Assembly (NCBI GenBank): GCA_964016885.1 | Contig: OZ024740.1 | Coordinates: forward strand, 398,536,001-398,600,000 | Source: Eledone cirrhosa | Lineage: Eukaryota | Direction of reading: 5' to 3' | Length of the DNA stretch: 64,000 nt | Shown: positions 33,631 to 46,877 of the stretch, one piece after another | Position numbering within the stretch: position 1 is the first letter of the stretch | Layout: every line of letters begins with the position of its first letter | Position numbers and translations under genes: made by a program | Notes under the pieces: model-generated | The model's database searches: none | Seen by the model: the letters and a program-made list of their open reading frames with translations, nothing else | Told to the model about the DNA's origin: nothing

Positions 33631-35345
33631 TACGATATTAATAAATGGAAACTATATTTATAAAACCATATTTATTTCATTATACATATTTCAGGGATAC
33701 CAAATTAAAATATGGTATGCCTTCATCAGACAAAATACAATATATAAACAGTTTTATAAATAATTTTGACGTACCCTATTAATGCAACCATTATTATTGG
33801 AAGCTGTCTGGGTATTGAAATGTTTATATTATTTTATTAGTTATAGTGTTGAGCACAATTAGAAAAAGACGGAGAGAGATAAAGAGAAAAAAGACGGAGA
33901 GAGAGAAGGAGAGAGAAAGACGGAGAGAGAGAAAAAGAAAACCTGGAAAAATATCGGAGAGAGAAATGTATGTAGAAAAGAAAGAGATAAATAGATAGGA
34001 GGAAATAAAAAAGAAAGAAAAACAAGGAAAGCAACAGAGATATAATAAGTCATCATACAGATAGAAAAACTCAAGAGAGAGAAAATACTATATAGAGAGA
34101 GGAGGAGATAGTGACAACTTTACGTCATGTCATATTAAGTTGAGTTAACAATTTATATGAAATGAATAATAAAAATATAAATATCAATATTCATGAATGG
34201 AACATAGATATATAATATGAGAAAATAACATTGTTCAATAATGACCATATGTTTAGTTTAAAAACTTGAGATCAATATACCAAAATCTGAGTTAAACCTT
34301 TCAAAAAGTACCCTATTTATAAAAATCAGGATACAAATATGTATATATATATATACACACATATGTACGTCCTGAAAATAGAAATTATGTCTACTCAAGC
34401 CAATAATATCGACACAAAGCGCAAATGATTTCACTTGATCACTGCTATACACTCCTTGTGTTATAAAAAATTCACAGTATATATACATAAATATACGATT
34501 AATATTCATGTCCTCATATATACGATTACCGTTCATGTATTTAATATTATGCATATCTGCAACATACATCACATATACACACACACATATATACACATAC
34601 ATATGTATAAATAAATATCTGCGTGAGTCCTCCAGCATCGCTCATGTATATATACAGACATATATACAAACACATAAATAGATCCTATAACACTTTTATA
34701 TGCATGTTAATACACACATATGGCATTTGTATAGAGACAATCAAATATCAATATATTAATATAGAAATATCAAAGCATTAAATATCTTTAAAACACTATA
34801 GAGTATCTCAAGTTAAAATAATATGTTTTATATATTTAGTATAGAATTTTATCCTACCTATATCTCAAACAAGATATTGAAAGGGTAGACTTATGAAAGT
34901 TATTAGAAGCTATCAGAGTCAAAACAAATAAAAAAATAAAAATAATTTAAAAGATTTAGAAGACCCAGTGATTCTACGGATAACCTTATATTTAGTATAG
35001 AAATTTATCTTACGTATATTTTATTTAATACATTGGGAGCATATACATTTTAGAGTAGTTTATTATATCCTTATTTATATTTAGGAAGAAAGTTTAAAAT
35101 GAAAAAGGTGAAGGAATCTAATGATTTATCGACAGGTTTCATATATTAACTAAATTTCTTAATTAATTATACTACATTTTAAATTTATATTTATATTTAA
35201 ACGTTGAGTTCAATCTATGTCTGCAGCAACTGAATAAATTGCTCCTTAAATTAAGGGAATTTTTGGACTTTAATGTAAAGAATATTTCTTCTATACAAAG
35301 ATCACAATTTTCTGAAGAGGAATTAAAAGGAGTAGCTTATGAAAT
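33631..35345 (-). mobile_element. Naiad-1 PLE copy A (EN C-terminus, about 1.5-kb 3' UTR, HHR)
   Basis: Colinear with 40011-41855 and 57727-59770. Confidence 0.9.
33673..33737 (-). ncRNA. Minimal type-I hammerhead ribozyme (Naiad-1)
   Basis: TATTTTGT-CTGATGA-AGGcATACCA(loop)TGGTATcCCT-GAA-ATA(tg)TAT-A-ATGAAATA. Confidence 0.8.
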
Positions 35346-35493
35346 ATATATATATAATATATATATTATATATATATATAATATATGTATATAATATATA
35401 TATATATAATATATATATAATATATATAAATATATATAATATATTTATAATATATATATATATAATATATATATTATATATATATATTATATA

Positions 35494-35546
<53 letters not shown>

Positions 35547-35669
35547 ATATTATATATATATTATATAAATATATATATTATATATATATATATTATATAT
35601 ATAATATATATATATATATTATATATATATATTATATATATATATCTTATATATATTATATATATTATA

Positions 35670-35716
<47 letters not shown>

Positions 35717-35844
35717 ATGTAGGAGGTGAGTTTTATTGTAGTACAATAAAGCAATGCAGATATCGGATAAGTAGCACTCTACAGTTTGTAGGACTGGAGT
35801 ATAAATAATATATAAGATCAAAACAAGGTTAAGAGAGTTCCATG

Positions 35845-35915
35845 TATTTTATTATGCGCATTTCAAAAACAAATATCATCATGCAATAACATTTGCGTTT
35901 TCGTCAGATAAAATA
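35845..35915 (-). ncRNA. Minimal type-I hammerhead ribozyme (H2)
   Basis: Reverse complement of 35996-36066. Confidence 0.82.
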
Positions 35916-35995
35916 GGGAGACATGATATGAAGGTTAAAACACACTTGTGAATAGTGCAGTTTTAAATCCACATAATCTTTATATCATGTCTCCC

Positions 35996-36066
35996 TATTT
36001 TATCTGACGAAAACGCAAATGTTATTGCATGATGATATTTGTTTTTGAAATGCGCATAATAAAATA
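35996..36066 (+). ncRNA. Minimal type-I hammerhead ribozyme (H2)
   Basis: TATTTTAT-CTGACGA-stem II (about 15 bp)-GAA-ATGCGCAT (palindromic stem III)-A-ATAAAATA. Confidence 0.85.
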
Positions 36067-36155
36067 CTTGGAACTCTTTTAACCATCTTTTGATCTTATA
36101 TATTATATATTATATATATATATATTATATATATATATATTATATATATATATAT

Positions 36156-36187
<32 letters not shown>

Positions 36188-36208
36188 ATATATTATATAT
36201 ATATATAT

Positions 36209-36240
<32 letters not shown>

Positions 36241-36287
36241 ATATATTATATATATATATATATATAATATATATGGATATATAATAT

Positions 36288-36344
<57 letters not shown>

Positions 36345-36417
36345 TATATATAATATATATATATATATATAATATATATATAATATATATATATATATAT
36401 GATATATATAATATATA

Positions 36418-36515
<98 letters not shown>

Positions 36516-36548
36516 TATATAATATATATATAATATATATATATATAT

Positions 36549-36987
36549 GTTTGCTTCCGGATTTCACTCTTAATCTTTTTCCAGTTAGCCTTGTAGAAGT
36601 TAAGGCTGGATAGCGTCCCAGAGCTTCTTGGTGGTTTTGTCTCTGTTGGTTCTCTTGGGCCACATATCATTAGCTCTACCAAGTTATGATCTGAGAGAAT
36701 TGTTGGTGTCACCTTTACATTGTGGATGAGCACTTCGTTGTTTGTAAAACAGAGGTCCAGGACGTTTTCGCCTCTTGTTGGGAGGAGTATTGCTTGCTCC
36801 ATGAACAGCCTGTGTGTGAGGGCCAGCAGGGATTCCGTCTCTCTCTGTTCTATTGACGTCATTCCAGGGAGGAGGTGGCCCTCAGGCCATTTGACCTTTG
36901 GTAGGTTGAAGTCTCCCAGCAGTAGGATGTTGAGACCCTGGTCCAGTTTGTCAAGGACCTCTTCTTTCCGACTTAGGCTATCCTCAA
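36549..36987 (-). mobile_element. LINE AP-endonuclease fragment (CR1/L2-like)
   Basis: ILLLGDFNLP, PTRGENVLDLCFTN, SDHNLV, FYKANW motifs, flanked by (TA)n. Confidence 0.85.
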
Positions 36988-37185
36988 ATATATATATATA
37001 TATAATATATATATAATATATATATATATATTTATATAATATATATATATATAATATATATGTATATAATATATATATATATATTTATTATATATATATA
37101 TATAATATATATATATTATATATATATATTATATATATATATATATTATATATATATATATTATATAATTATATATATTATATAT

Positions 37186-37217
<32 letters not shown>

Positions 37218-37312
37218 TATATATATATTATATATATATATATATTATATATATATATAAATTATATATATATATATATAATATATATTTATATATAATA
37301 TATATATTTATA

Positions 37313-37380
<68 letters not shown>

Positions 37381-37382
<2 letters not shown>

Positions 37383-38686
37383 AAGGCGGGTAAAATTCCC
37401 GAGATCCATGGACGAGTTCTCTCCAGCGGTCTCTGTCCCTCATTATCGCTGCCATGTCCTGCATCTCCAACAGACCAGCGTCTGTCCCTAGGGCATCAAC
37501 ACACGCCAACCCTGGTTCTCCTCCCCCAGTGTGTCCATGCAGGGGCTCCCAAAGGGGCACTGAGTGCAATGTCAACCCCGGATGTCGGTGAGCATGTCCA
37601 GCCAACCTCAGTCTCCTCTGTGTCACTCTTGAGCTGACCCCTGGGATGCTCCCATACAGCTCTGAGTCCCCCCCCCCATCCCCAGTGTATACTGATTAAT
37701 GTTCAGAGCCATCCTCAGCACTCTCGTGTAGCACCCATCCACCATCTGAGTGAGTTTCTTGGTCAGTGTCCAAGTCTCAGACCCATACAGCAGCACAGAC
37801 TCCACTACAGCAATGAAGAGGCGGACCTTCAGGTCTCTACGAAGGTCCGACTTCCACACCGATCTCAAGCTGTGGCACGCCGCCCAGGCCTTGCTCTTCC
37901 TCTCAACCACATCATCTTCCGTATTCCCAATCTTTGCTCCCAAATACAGGAAGTCCTCAACCAATTCCAGCGGCCTCCCGCCTGCATTAGTGATCCCCTC
38001 TGGCTTCTCAACATTCTCTACCAGATATTTTGTTTTAGTCTCATTCATTCTCAGCCCCACACTCATCGACACAGTCTCAACCTCCCGCATCAAATCCTCT
38101 GCCTCCTTCACTGTATTTGTCACCAAAACTATGTCGTCGGCAAATTCAGCATCCGATACCTTTTTCGCCCTAACTCTCCTGCTCTGAGCCGGTGCTACAG
38201 TAAAGCCAGAGTCCTGGTGTTTCTCCAGTGCAAGGCGCATACAATAGTCCACTACGATGATAAAAAGGTAGGGAGCCAATGTATCTCCCTGGAGCACTCC
38301 AGCCAGTATCTCAAAGAACTCTGTCATCCCATCAGGTGTAATGACTTGGGCTTTGGTGTTGGTGTAGAGCAGTGATATCAGGTCCGCTATCTTCTTGGGG
38401 ATTTCATAAGCCTGTAAGATCTTCATCAGGCAGTAACGGTCCACAGAATCAAAGGCCTTCCTAAAGTCAATGAAAACCATGACCGCAGGAAGGCACTTTG
38501 CTCTAGCTCCCTCTAATATCCTCCTCAGCATCAGGATGTGACTGGTGGTTGATCTACCCTCTCTGAAGCCGTTCTGGTTGTCCCTGAGCTTCTTCTCCAT
38601 CTCAGGCTGGATCCTGTTAAGAATCATCCTGTTGAGGGTCTTTGCCACAAGTGACGTCAGTGAGATCACTCGGTAGTTGCTGGTGT
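37381..38686 (-). mobile_element. RTE-clade LINE (copy 2), RT region, A>G hypermutated
   Basis: ORF 37623-38669 with RT motifs (ISLTS, QNGFR, DFRKAFDSV, QGDTLAP, EFADD). Same family as 25228-26410. Confidence 0.93.
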
Positions 38687-38687
38687 T

Positions 38688-38792
<105 letters not shown>

Positions 38793-38815
38793 TATATATA
38801 ATAGATATATATATA

Positions 38816-38881
<66 letters not shown>

Positions 38882-38985
38882 ATATATATAATATATATAT
38901 AATATATATAATATATATATATAATATATATATATATTATATATATATATATAATATATATATAATATATGTATATATATATATA

Positions 38986-39034
<49 letters not shown>

Positions 39035-39076
39035 TATATATATAATATATATAATATATAAATATATATATTATAG

Positions 39077-39137
<61 letters not shown>

Positions 39138-39140
<3 letters not shown>

Positions 39141-39348
39141 AACCAGTAAGACCCCGACAGCTGAGCTCAAGCCGTTTCGACGGCTAATTCTGGACTCATT
39201 AGAATTAGCCGTCCAGAATTAGCCGTCGAAACGGCTTGAGCTCAGCTGTCGGGGTCTTACTGGTTCCTATTACCCACTCTACTACCTCAAGTATTGAGTA
39301 CTTTGGTGCGTTATGGTCCACCTGGTTCCTTACCACATTTCCTTCGTT
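39138..39348 (+). mobile_element. Foldback mini-element (family H4)
   Basis: Inverted arms. The axis contains the whole 13-bp stem II GACGGCTAATTCT/AGAATTAGCCGTC. Confidence 0.8.
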
Positions 39349-39367
39349 ATATATATATATATATATT

Positions 39368-39399
<32 letters not shown>

Positions 39400-39475
39400 A
39401 TATATATATATATATAATATATATATATATAGTATATATATATATATATAATATATATATAATATATATATATAT

Positions 39476-39508
<33 letters not shown>

Positions 39509-39921
39509 ATATATATATAATATATATATATATATATTATATATATATATAACATATATATATAATATATATATTATTTAAATATATATATAATATATAT
39601 ATATAATATATATATTATATATATATATAATATATATATATAATATATATATAATATATATAAATATATAATATATTTATAATATATATATATATATATA
39701 ATATATATATATATATAATATATATATATATAATATATATATATATAATATATATATATATTATATATATATATTATATATATATATATAATATATATAT
39801 ATATATATAATATATATATATATAATATATATATATATAATATATATATATATATAATATATATATATATTATATATATATATTATATATATATATATAA
39901 TATATATATATATATATTATA

Positions 39922-42900
39922 TGCAAAAGTTCTATTTAAAGTTGTTAGGATACAACAAGTAAATATTTTTATAACTGATATAAAGCACTCGACAAATTTT
40001 TGGAGTAGATATACGATATTAATAAATGGAAACTATATTTATAAAACCATATTTGTTTCATTATACATATTTCAGGGATACCACATTAAATTATGGTATG
40101 CCTTCATCAGACAAAATACAATATATAACAGTTTTACAAATAGGTTTGACGTACCCTTTAAAATACAACCATTACTTTTAAAGGCTGTCTGGATAGTGAT
40201 TTGTTTATATAATAAGTCATAGTGTTAAGCACAATTAGAAAAAGACGGAGAGAAAGAAAAAGAAAAGAACAAAGACAGAGAGAGAGAAAGAAAAGAGAAA
40301 GAAAACCTGGAGAAATATCGGTGAGAGAGAGAAATGTATGGAGAAAAGAAAGAGATAGATAAAGATAGGAGGAAATAAAAAAGAAAGAAAAGGAAGGAAT
40401 AAGAAAAACAAAGGAAAGCAACAGAGAGATATCAAGTCATCATACAGAAAGAGAGACTCAAGAGAGAGAAATACTATATAGAGAGAGGGGGACAGTGATA
40501 ACTTTACGTCATGTCATATTAAGTAGAGTTAACAATTTATATGAAATGAATAATAAAAATATAAATATAAGTATCAATATTCATGAATGGGACATAGATA
40601 TATAATATGAGAAATTAAACATTGTTCACTAATGACCACATGTTTAGTTTAGAAACTTGAGATCAATATACCAAAATCTGAGTTCAAAATGTACCCTTGC
40701 TATAGAGATTAGTATTTTATGCAAAGACATACAAATATATATGTATATATACATACATATAGATACGCACGTCCTGAAAATAGAAATTATGTTTACTCAA
40801 GCCAACAATATAGTCATACAAAACGTAAATGATTTCTCTTAATCATTGCTATACACTCATTGTGTTATAAAAATTTCACAGTATATATATACAAATATAT
40901 ACGATTAACAATCATGTCCTCATATATACGATTACCATTCATGTGTTTAATATTATGCACATCTGCAACATACCTCTCAACCACATATATATACACATAC
41001 ATATATACACATACATATGTATAAATAAATATTTGCGTACGTCCTCATGCATCACTCATGTATATATACAGACACATATACAAACACAAAAAATCTATAA
41101 CACTTTCTATGCATGTTAATACACACATATGCATTTGTATAGAGATAATCCAATATCAATAAGTTACCAAAGGATTATAATTTGTAAATATAACCATAAC
41201 AATATAAATTTAAAATACCAAAGGAATATATTTTGGAAATGCAACTATATAGTCAAAAGAAATCTAGAAATATCAAAGCATTAAATATCATTAAAACACT
41301 ATAGAGTATCTTAAGTTAAAATAATATGTTTTATATATTTAGTATAGAAATTTATCCTACGTATATCTCAATCAAGATATTGAGAGGGTAGACTTGTGAA
41401 AGTTATGAGAAGCTATCATAATCAAAACAAATAAAAATAATTTTAAAGATTTAAAAAATTTAAAAAACCCAATGATTCTACAGATAACCTTATATTTAAT
41501 ATAGAAATTTACCTTACGTATATATATTTTTATTTAATACATTGGAAGTATAGACATTTTAGAGTAGTTTATTATATCCATGCTTATATTTAGGAAGAAA
41601 GTTTAAAAAGAAAAAGGTGAAGGAATCTAATGGATTATCGACAAGTTCTATATATTAACTAAAATTACTTAATTAATTATACTACATTTTAAATTTATAT
41701 TTATATTTAAACGTTGAGTTCAATCTATGTCTGCAGCAACTGAATAAATTGTTCCTCAGATTAAGGGAATTTTTGGACTTTAATATAAAGAATATTTCTT
41801 CAATACAAAGATCACAATTTTCTGAAGAGGAATTAAAAGGAGTAGCTTATGAAATAATATTCCAATTCATCGAATATTTAATATTATCTCGTTTTAGGTC
41901 CCATAGTAGGCTAGATAGCGAAGTTGAAGATCTTTTGTTTGGATCTGTGAAAGAATTCTTATGATTATTGAAGCGAAATTTAAATTCTGTAGAGGTGGAA
42001 CCAACATAGTTAAATGAATTTAAATTAGTTTTAACATTACAATTGTACACTACATTTTTAGCTAAGCAGTTGTTACTTAACGGACAGTTAGATTTATTTC
42101 TACAGTTACAGTTATTTAATTGAATATTGTTTGGGTTATTATTGGTATTTTGGTTAGGTTTTAAATTCCTATTATTAATTCTATTAATATTTTGTGCTAC
42201 ATTTTTGGTGGACGAGTAAGTTAATTTTATAGTGTGTCTATTAAAAATTGAGTGATATTTATGTGTTCTAGGGAAGCGTGTGTCAAGAGCTTTAAAGAAT
42301 AGTTTACCAATAGGGGTTTTAATATTTAGTGAGAAAGGGGGAGCAAACCATAATATATTTCTAGTTCTATTTCTTTTTCGGCTTTTGGAATTATTGTAAT
42401 GTTTTCTATTATAGTTGTTAAAGTTGTTACCGTAATTGAAATTGTTATTATTTTGGTTAGTTTGCTTGTTATTATTATTATCGATGTATTTAATTTTATT
42501 TCTATATCCAGCTCTAGCTAATGCTTCGTTGTAATACTGCGCTTTTTCATCAAATATATTTTAATTAAATGAAATTCTTGAAATCCGTTCTTGAACAGAG
42601 TTCACTATAGTATTTTTAACAGATCTGGGGTGATTAGAGTTAAAGTTGACATAATTCAAGTTCTCATTTAGTTTGTGAAATGGATAATGAAGACATGTGT
42701 TGAGATTTAGTGTTACATCAAGAAAATTGACTATTCTATGGTTATTCTCTATTTCTATTTTTAGATTAAGGTAATTAAAAAATTGTATAATTTGTTTTCT
42801 TTTTCTATTTAGTTCACAGCTATTATCTTCTATAAGTAAAAGCATGTCATCACGATATAAACCTCCGGTTAGACCTAGTATTTTTCTATGTAGCGAATTA

Positions 42901-43433
42901 ATTATAAATAGGCCCACAAGGTCCGTTACCTGAGCTGAGTCTGATGATCCCATAGTTATGTCGAAATTATTATTTCTATCTGCCCTAGTCCAGAGTTGGT
43001 TATTAAATTCTATCAATGTTTTCCTTGCCGATAATATAATGTGCATTTCATTGCTAGTTAGGTCAGTATGTTTAAATGCGTAATTTAGTGCCTTATTCAG
43101 TAGATTAGGAGTGATAGATGAATAGTAGTTAGCAATATCCAGCTGAATAAACTTATTATTACAGTTATATTTAATTTCTTTAAACCAATTAATAACCTCA
43201 CTAGTCCCTTTCCATAATTTTAAGTAAGATAAATTAGGTAAGTTTATAATTTGTTGTATTACTCTGTCTAGAATATTTTTGCTAAGTTTTCCCAGGTCAG
43301 ATTTGGATGGTGCAATTAATCTGACTGGTAAGTCATTTTCAAAGTTTCTTTTGTGATCCTTCATATTGATCTTGGGTTTCCTAGGCATGAAGGGTTGTGT
43401 TTTATTCTCAATGTCTAATTCATGCATTATACA
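39922..43433 (-). mobile_element. Naiad-1 PLE copy B: RT (KDHK, RLIAP, DIANYYSSI, MGSSDS, LYRDD), CxCx5C linker, GIY-YIG, long 3' UTR, pLTR
   Basis: ORF pieces 42561-43463 and 41847-42050, plus CNCRNKSNC, VVY..YVG and CDLC..CRH. Confidence 0.93.
40054..40118 (-). ncRNA. Minimal hammerhead ribozyme (Naiad-1)
   Basis: Same fold as 33673-33737, intact CTGATGA/GAAA core. Confidence 0.8.
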
Positions 43434-43572
43434 CTGAATACTGATGCATCTTGTATAATGCATGAATTAGACATTGAGAATAAAACACAACCCTTCATGC
43501 CTAGGAAACCCAAGATCAATATGAAGGATCACAAAAGAAACTTTGAAAATGACTTACCAGTCAGATTAATTG
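43313..43572. repeat. Inverted repeat, 121-bp arms with an 18-nt loop
   Basis: 43313-43433 is the reverse complement of 43452-43572. No mismatches seen by eye. Confidence 0.92.
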
Positions 43573-43574
43573 GT

Positions 43575-45960
43575 ATCATGTTTTCTATTTAATTTTGGTT
43601 GGAGTTCATTTATGTTTATTGCCTCTGTGATTTGTCTAAACATTGCGTCTTTTCTGTGTGTAGATTCTATTTTTATTTCTATGTTCTCTAATTTGCCCTT
43701 ATGTTCTATTTTAGCATGTTGGTGGAGTATTGATGATTCTTTTTTATCTTGAAGTTCTCGCCAGTGTTCATTTAACCGTTCCACTATGCTACGAGCTGTC
43801 TCACCTATGTACACTATATTCTTATCTTTACATTGTCCTTCAATACATCTTATGCTATATACTACATTTCTAGTTTTACAGTTAATATGGGGGCTTAATT
43901 TACAGATTATGCATTTCTTATCTATACAGGGAGGTCTTTGAAAAGAGTATGTATTGCTAATAAATGTTTTTATGGGGGTACCTGGTCTTTCTACTATCTT
44001 AATATTAAGTTTATGTTTATCTAAGGCCCTTCTAAATTTGTAAGCTAATTCACCTGTAGGGGTTGTATTGATGAACATTACACTCTGGTATTTATTGCTA
44101 TCATACCTTATTCCTTATTCCTATCATACCTTATTCATAGTTTATTCTATTAACCTTATTCCTAGTTCTTTCTATTCTATTCCAAAATTTGCTCCTATAC
44201 AAGGGGAAGGTCCCATTTGTATCATTATTTACCATTTTTTCCTATTTGGTTCTGGTTCCTCTATATACTCTGATTTTATCTCTCTGATTGTAACCAGAGA
44301 ACTGCATACGGTGGATGAAGTGTTGTATCTGTCTCTCTAGTTCTTTGGGGTTGCACATGCGGGACACGTTTCTCATCACCCGTACCAAATCCGCAATCAG
44401 TATGTTGATTTTGGTGTGATCCGAAACAGCTGAGTTTCGGTGGATCAGATATATTTGGAAGTCATGGGTTTGGCATAATGCGAATGGAGGATTTGTTTTT
44501 TGTTGTTAATGGTTTATAACCAGAGCTCTGTGTCTAGTACAGGTAATCGATGGTTGGGGTGTTTACTTGGGTAGTCTATAATAACTTTAATACTCTGGTG
44601 GATGGAGTTAGCTATTTGCTGGATGCTTTCCATGGTGTTTTTCTCTAATTCCTGACTGTTCTCTAGTGGGGGTGTTTTTACTACGATGTTTATATGATCA
44701 ATGTAGCGGGAGTACATTATCAGGGTTAAGAGGTTGCTGTCTTCTAATTGTTCTTTAAGTTTAAGTTTATTGTCCCACCATACCATGAATAGGTTAGCTA
44801 TGTCACCTGCAACGCTAACACCAATGGCCGCTCCCTCCTCTTGGGCATATGTTTTTCCATTAAATTTTAACATATGTTCCTTAAGGGTTAATTTTATACT
44901 GGCCCCCACCACATGTGCAATCATTTTCTTTAGTTCATCGTGGTTTTCGGGGGTCCGTATGGCTCTGGTCCACCCGTTCCATCTTTCTGTGTGGGTTTTC
45001 TTGGCCATTGAGGTAATGGTAGGTGGTCTGCCTCTTGCTGGTCTTGTAGGGCACAGGTTGCTAAGGTCATATGTATCTAGATAATCATTACTATAGTTAT
45101 GTTTAAGTAGGAGTCCTAGCTCAGTGGTATCAATCCCACGGAATTCAACATTGCTCTCACTGATAATTTCTACGTATTTCTCCACAGCAAAATCCACGTC
45201 AATGGATGGATATAGGGACACAACATCAATACTACCTATTATACAGTCTGTTAGGTCCTTAGATCGGTTATTTTCGCTGATACTGCTGAGGAGGTCGTCC
45301 GTGCTGTCACATATATCTGGGGACATTTCAATGATGGGGCGTATGATCAGGGAGAGGAAGGAGGAAAGTCTGTAGTTACTAGCAATGTTAGCACCACAGC
45401 CTGGCCGAGTTGGTGGTCCTGTGACAGGGTCACTGCTCGTTTTATGATCTTTTCGAAGCCCATACAACGCTGGTACGTCATTGTTCCAGGCCTGGAAGTT
45501 GTTGGCAGTCCTTTTATTGGGCTGAATTATGTTTGTCCACATCATCATATGGGCATTGAGGGTTTTCTCCCTATCCTCATGCTCTTGTGGTGTTATTTCT
45601 CTTGTGTTAGTGATGTGGGGTTGCATTGTCTGGATGTAGTTTGACAGACTGTCAACCGACATTCTGCCAGACTTGTCTGTTGGAAAGCATGCAATCTCTC
45701 CATTACGCGAGCGCTGCATGAGCTTACGAAAGCCATTTGCAGATTTTTATCCCAGTTGCTGGGCCTCCATTCTATTTTGCTTCTTGCTATACTGTTCTAT
45801 AATATTTCTAAGTTTAAATCTAGCTATACTAAATTGTGCTTCTGTTTGTTCATCGACCTGCGACGGCAATTGCGTACGTTTGTTAAAAGCTAAAGTCGTG
45901 GCGTGGACTCGTCGTAGGTCGAAGGACATATCAGAAGGATTATAAAAAGTAGAGTTCCAG
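43575..45960 (-). mobile_element. Neptune-like PLE, RT plus GIY-YIG (inverted segment)
   Basis: PTDKSG, LYGLRKDHK, SIDVVSLYPSI, GAAIG, YSRYID, LPVLD. Cys linker CIDKKCIICK. NVVY..YIGET..RLNEH. Confidence 0.92.
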
Positions 45961-46026
45961 GCTGCTGCTTTATGTGTACTATTGCTATTGTTATTGTTAG
46001 TTGTGTTGTTTCTATTTCTATTTTTA

Positions 46027-46877
46027 TTTCAAAGACCTCCCTGTATAGATAAGAAATGCATATTCTGTAAATTAAGCCCCCATATTAACTGTAAAACTAG
46101 AAATGTAGTATATAGCATAAGATGTACTGAAGGACAATGTAAAGATAAGAATATAGTGTACATAGGTGAGACAGCTCGTAGCATAGGGGAACGGTTAAAT
46201 GAACACTGGCGAGAACTTCAAGATAAAAAAGAATCATCAATACTCCACCAACATGCTAAAATAGAACATAAGGGCAAATTAGAGAACATAGAAATAAAAA
46301 TAGAATCTACACACAGAAAAGACGCAATGTTTAGACAAATCACAGAGGCAATAAACATAAATGAACTCCAACCAAAATTAAATAGAAAACATGAATGGAA
46401 TAGCAACATCACAACTTACAATTAAGGACAAAATGAAAACACACACACACACATAGAACAAACAACCAACCAGTAACATGTAAATAAACAAATAAATAAA
46501 CAAATAAAAACACACACAGACACCCGGATGTAACACATGCTCAAACTAAGCACACAACACACACAAAAACAAGATGGCGTAGGACAGAACAAAGGAGAGG
46601 CACAAAAACAAAGAAAATAATCCCCAGTCACTGAAGAGGTCACAGAATGTGTGACGAAAGAACTTTGACAATATATGAACAACCGTCCGGTTATGGAACC
46701 AACCAACTGGAAATTTATAAATTCTTAAATTTATAAATTTAATTTATAATAAATTGGAGTGAAAGCAACTGGTGCGTGTGTTTCTTATTGGCAACATGAC
46801 CCTCCCAAAGCATAACAATATCGGTTTCAACACACGTTTTCAGATAAATAATCTTGCTAAACAAATTCAGAAACGAA

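Larger units (their letters stand above)
35718..36100 (-). mobile_element. Foldback pLTR element (family H2) with two opposed complete HHRs
   Basis: Arms about 35812-35935 and 35978-36100. A second copy lies at 47641-47972. Confidence 0.85.
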
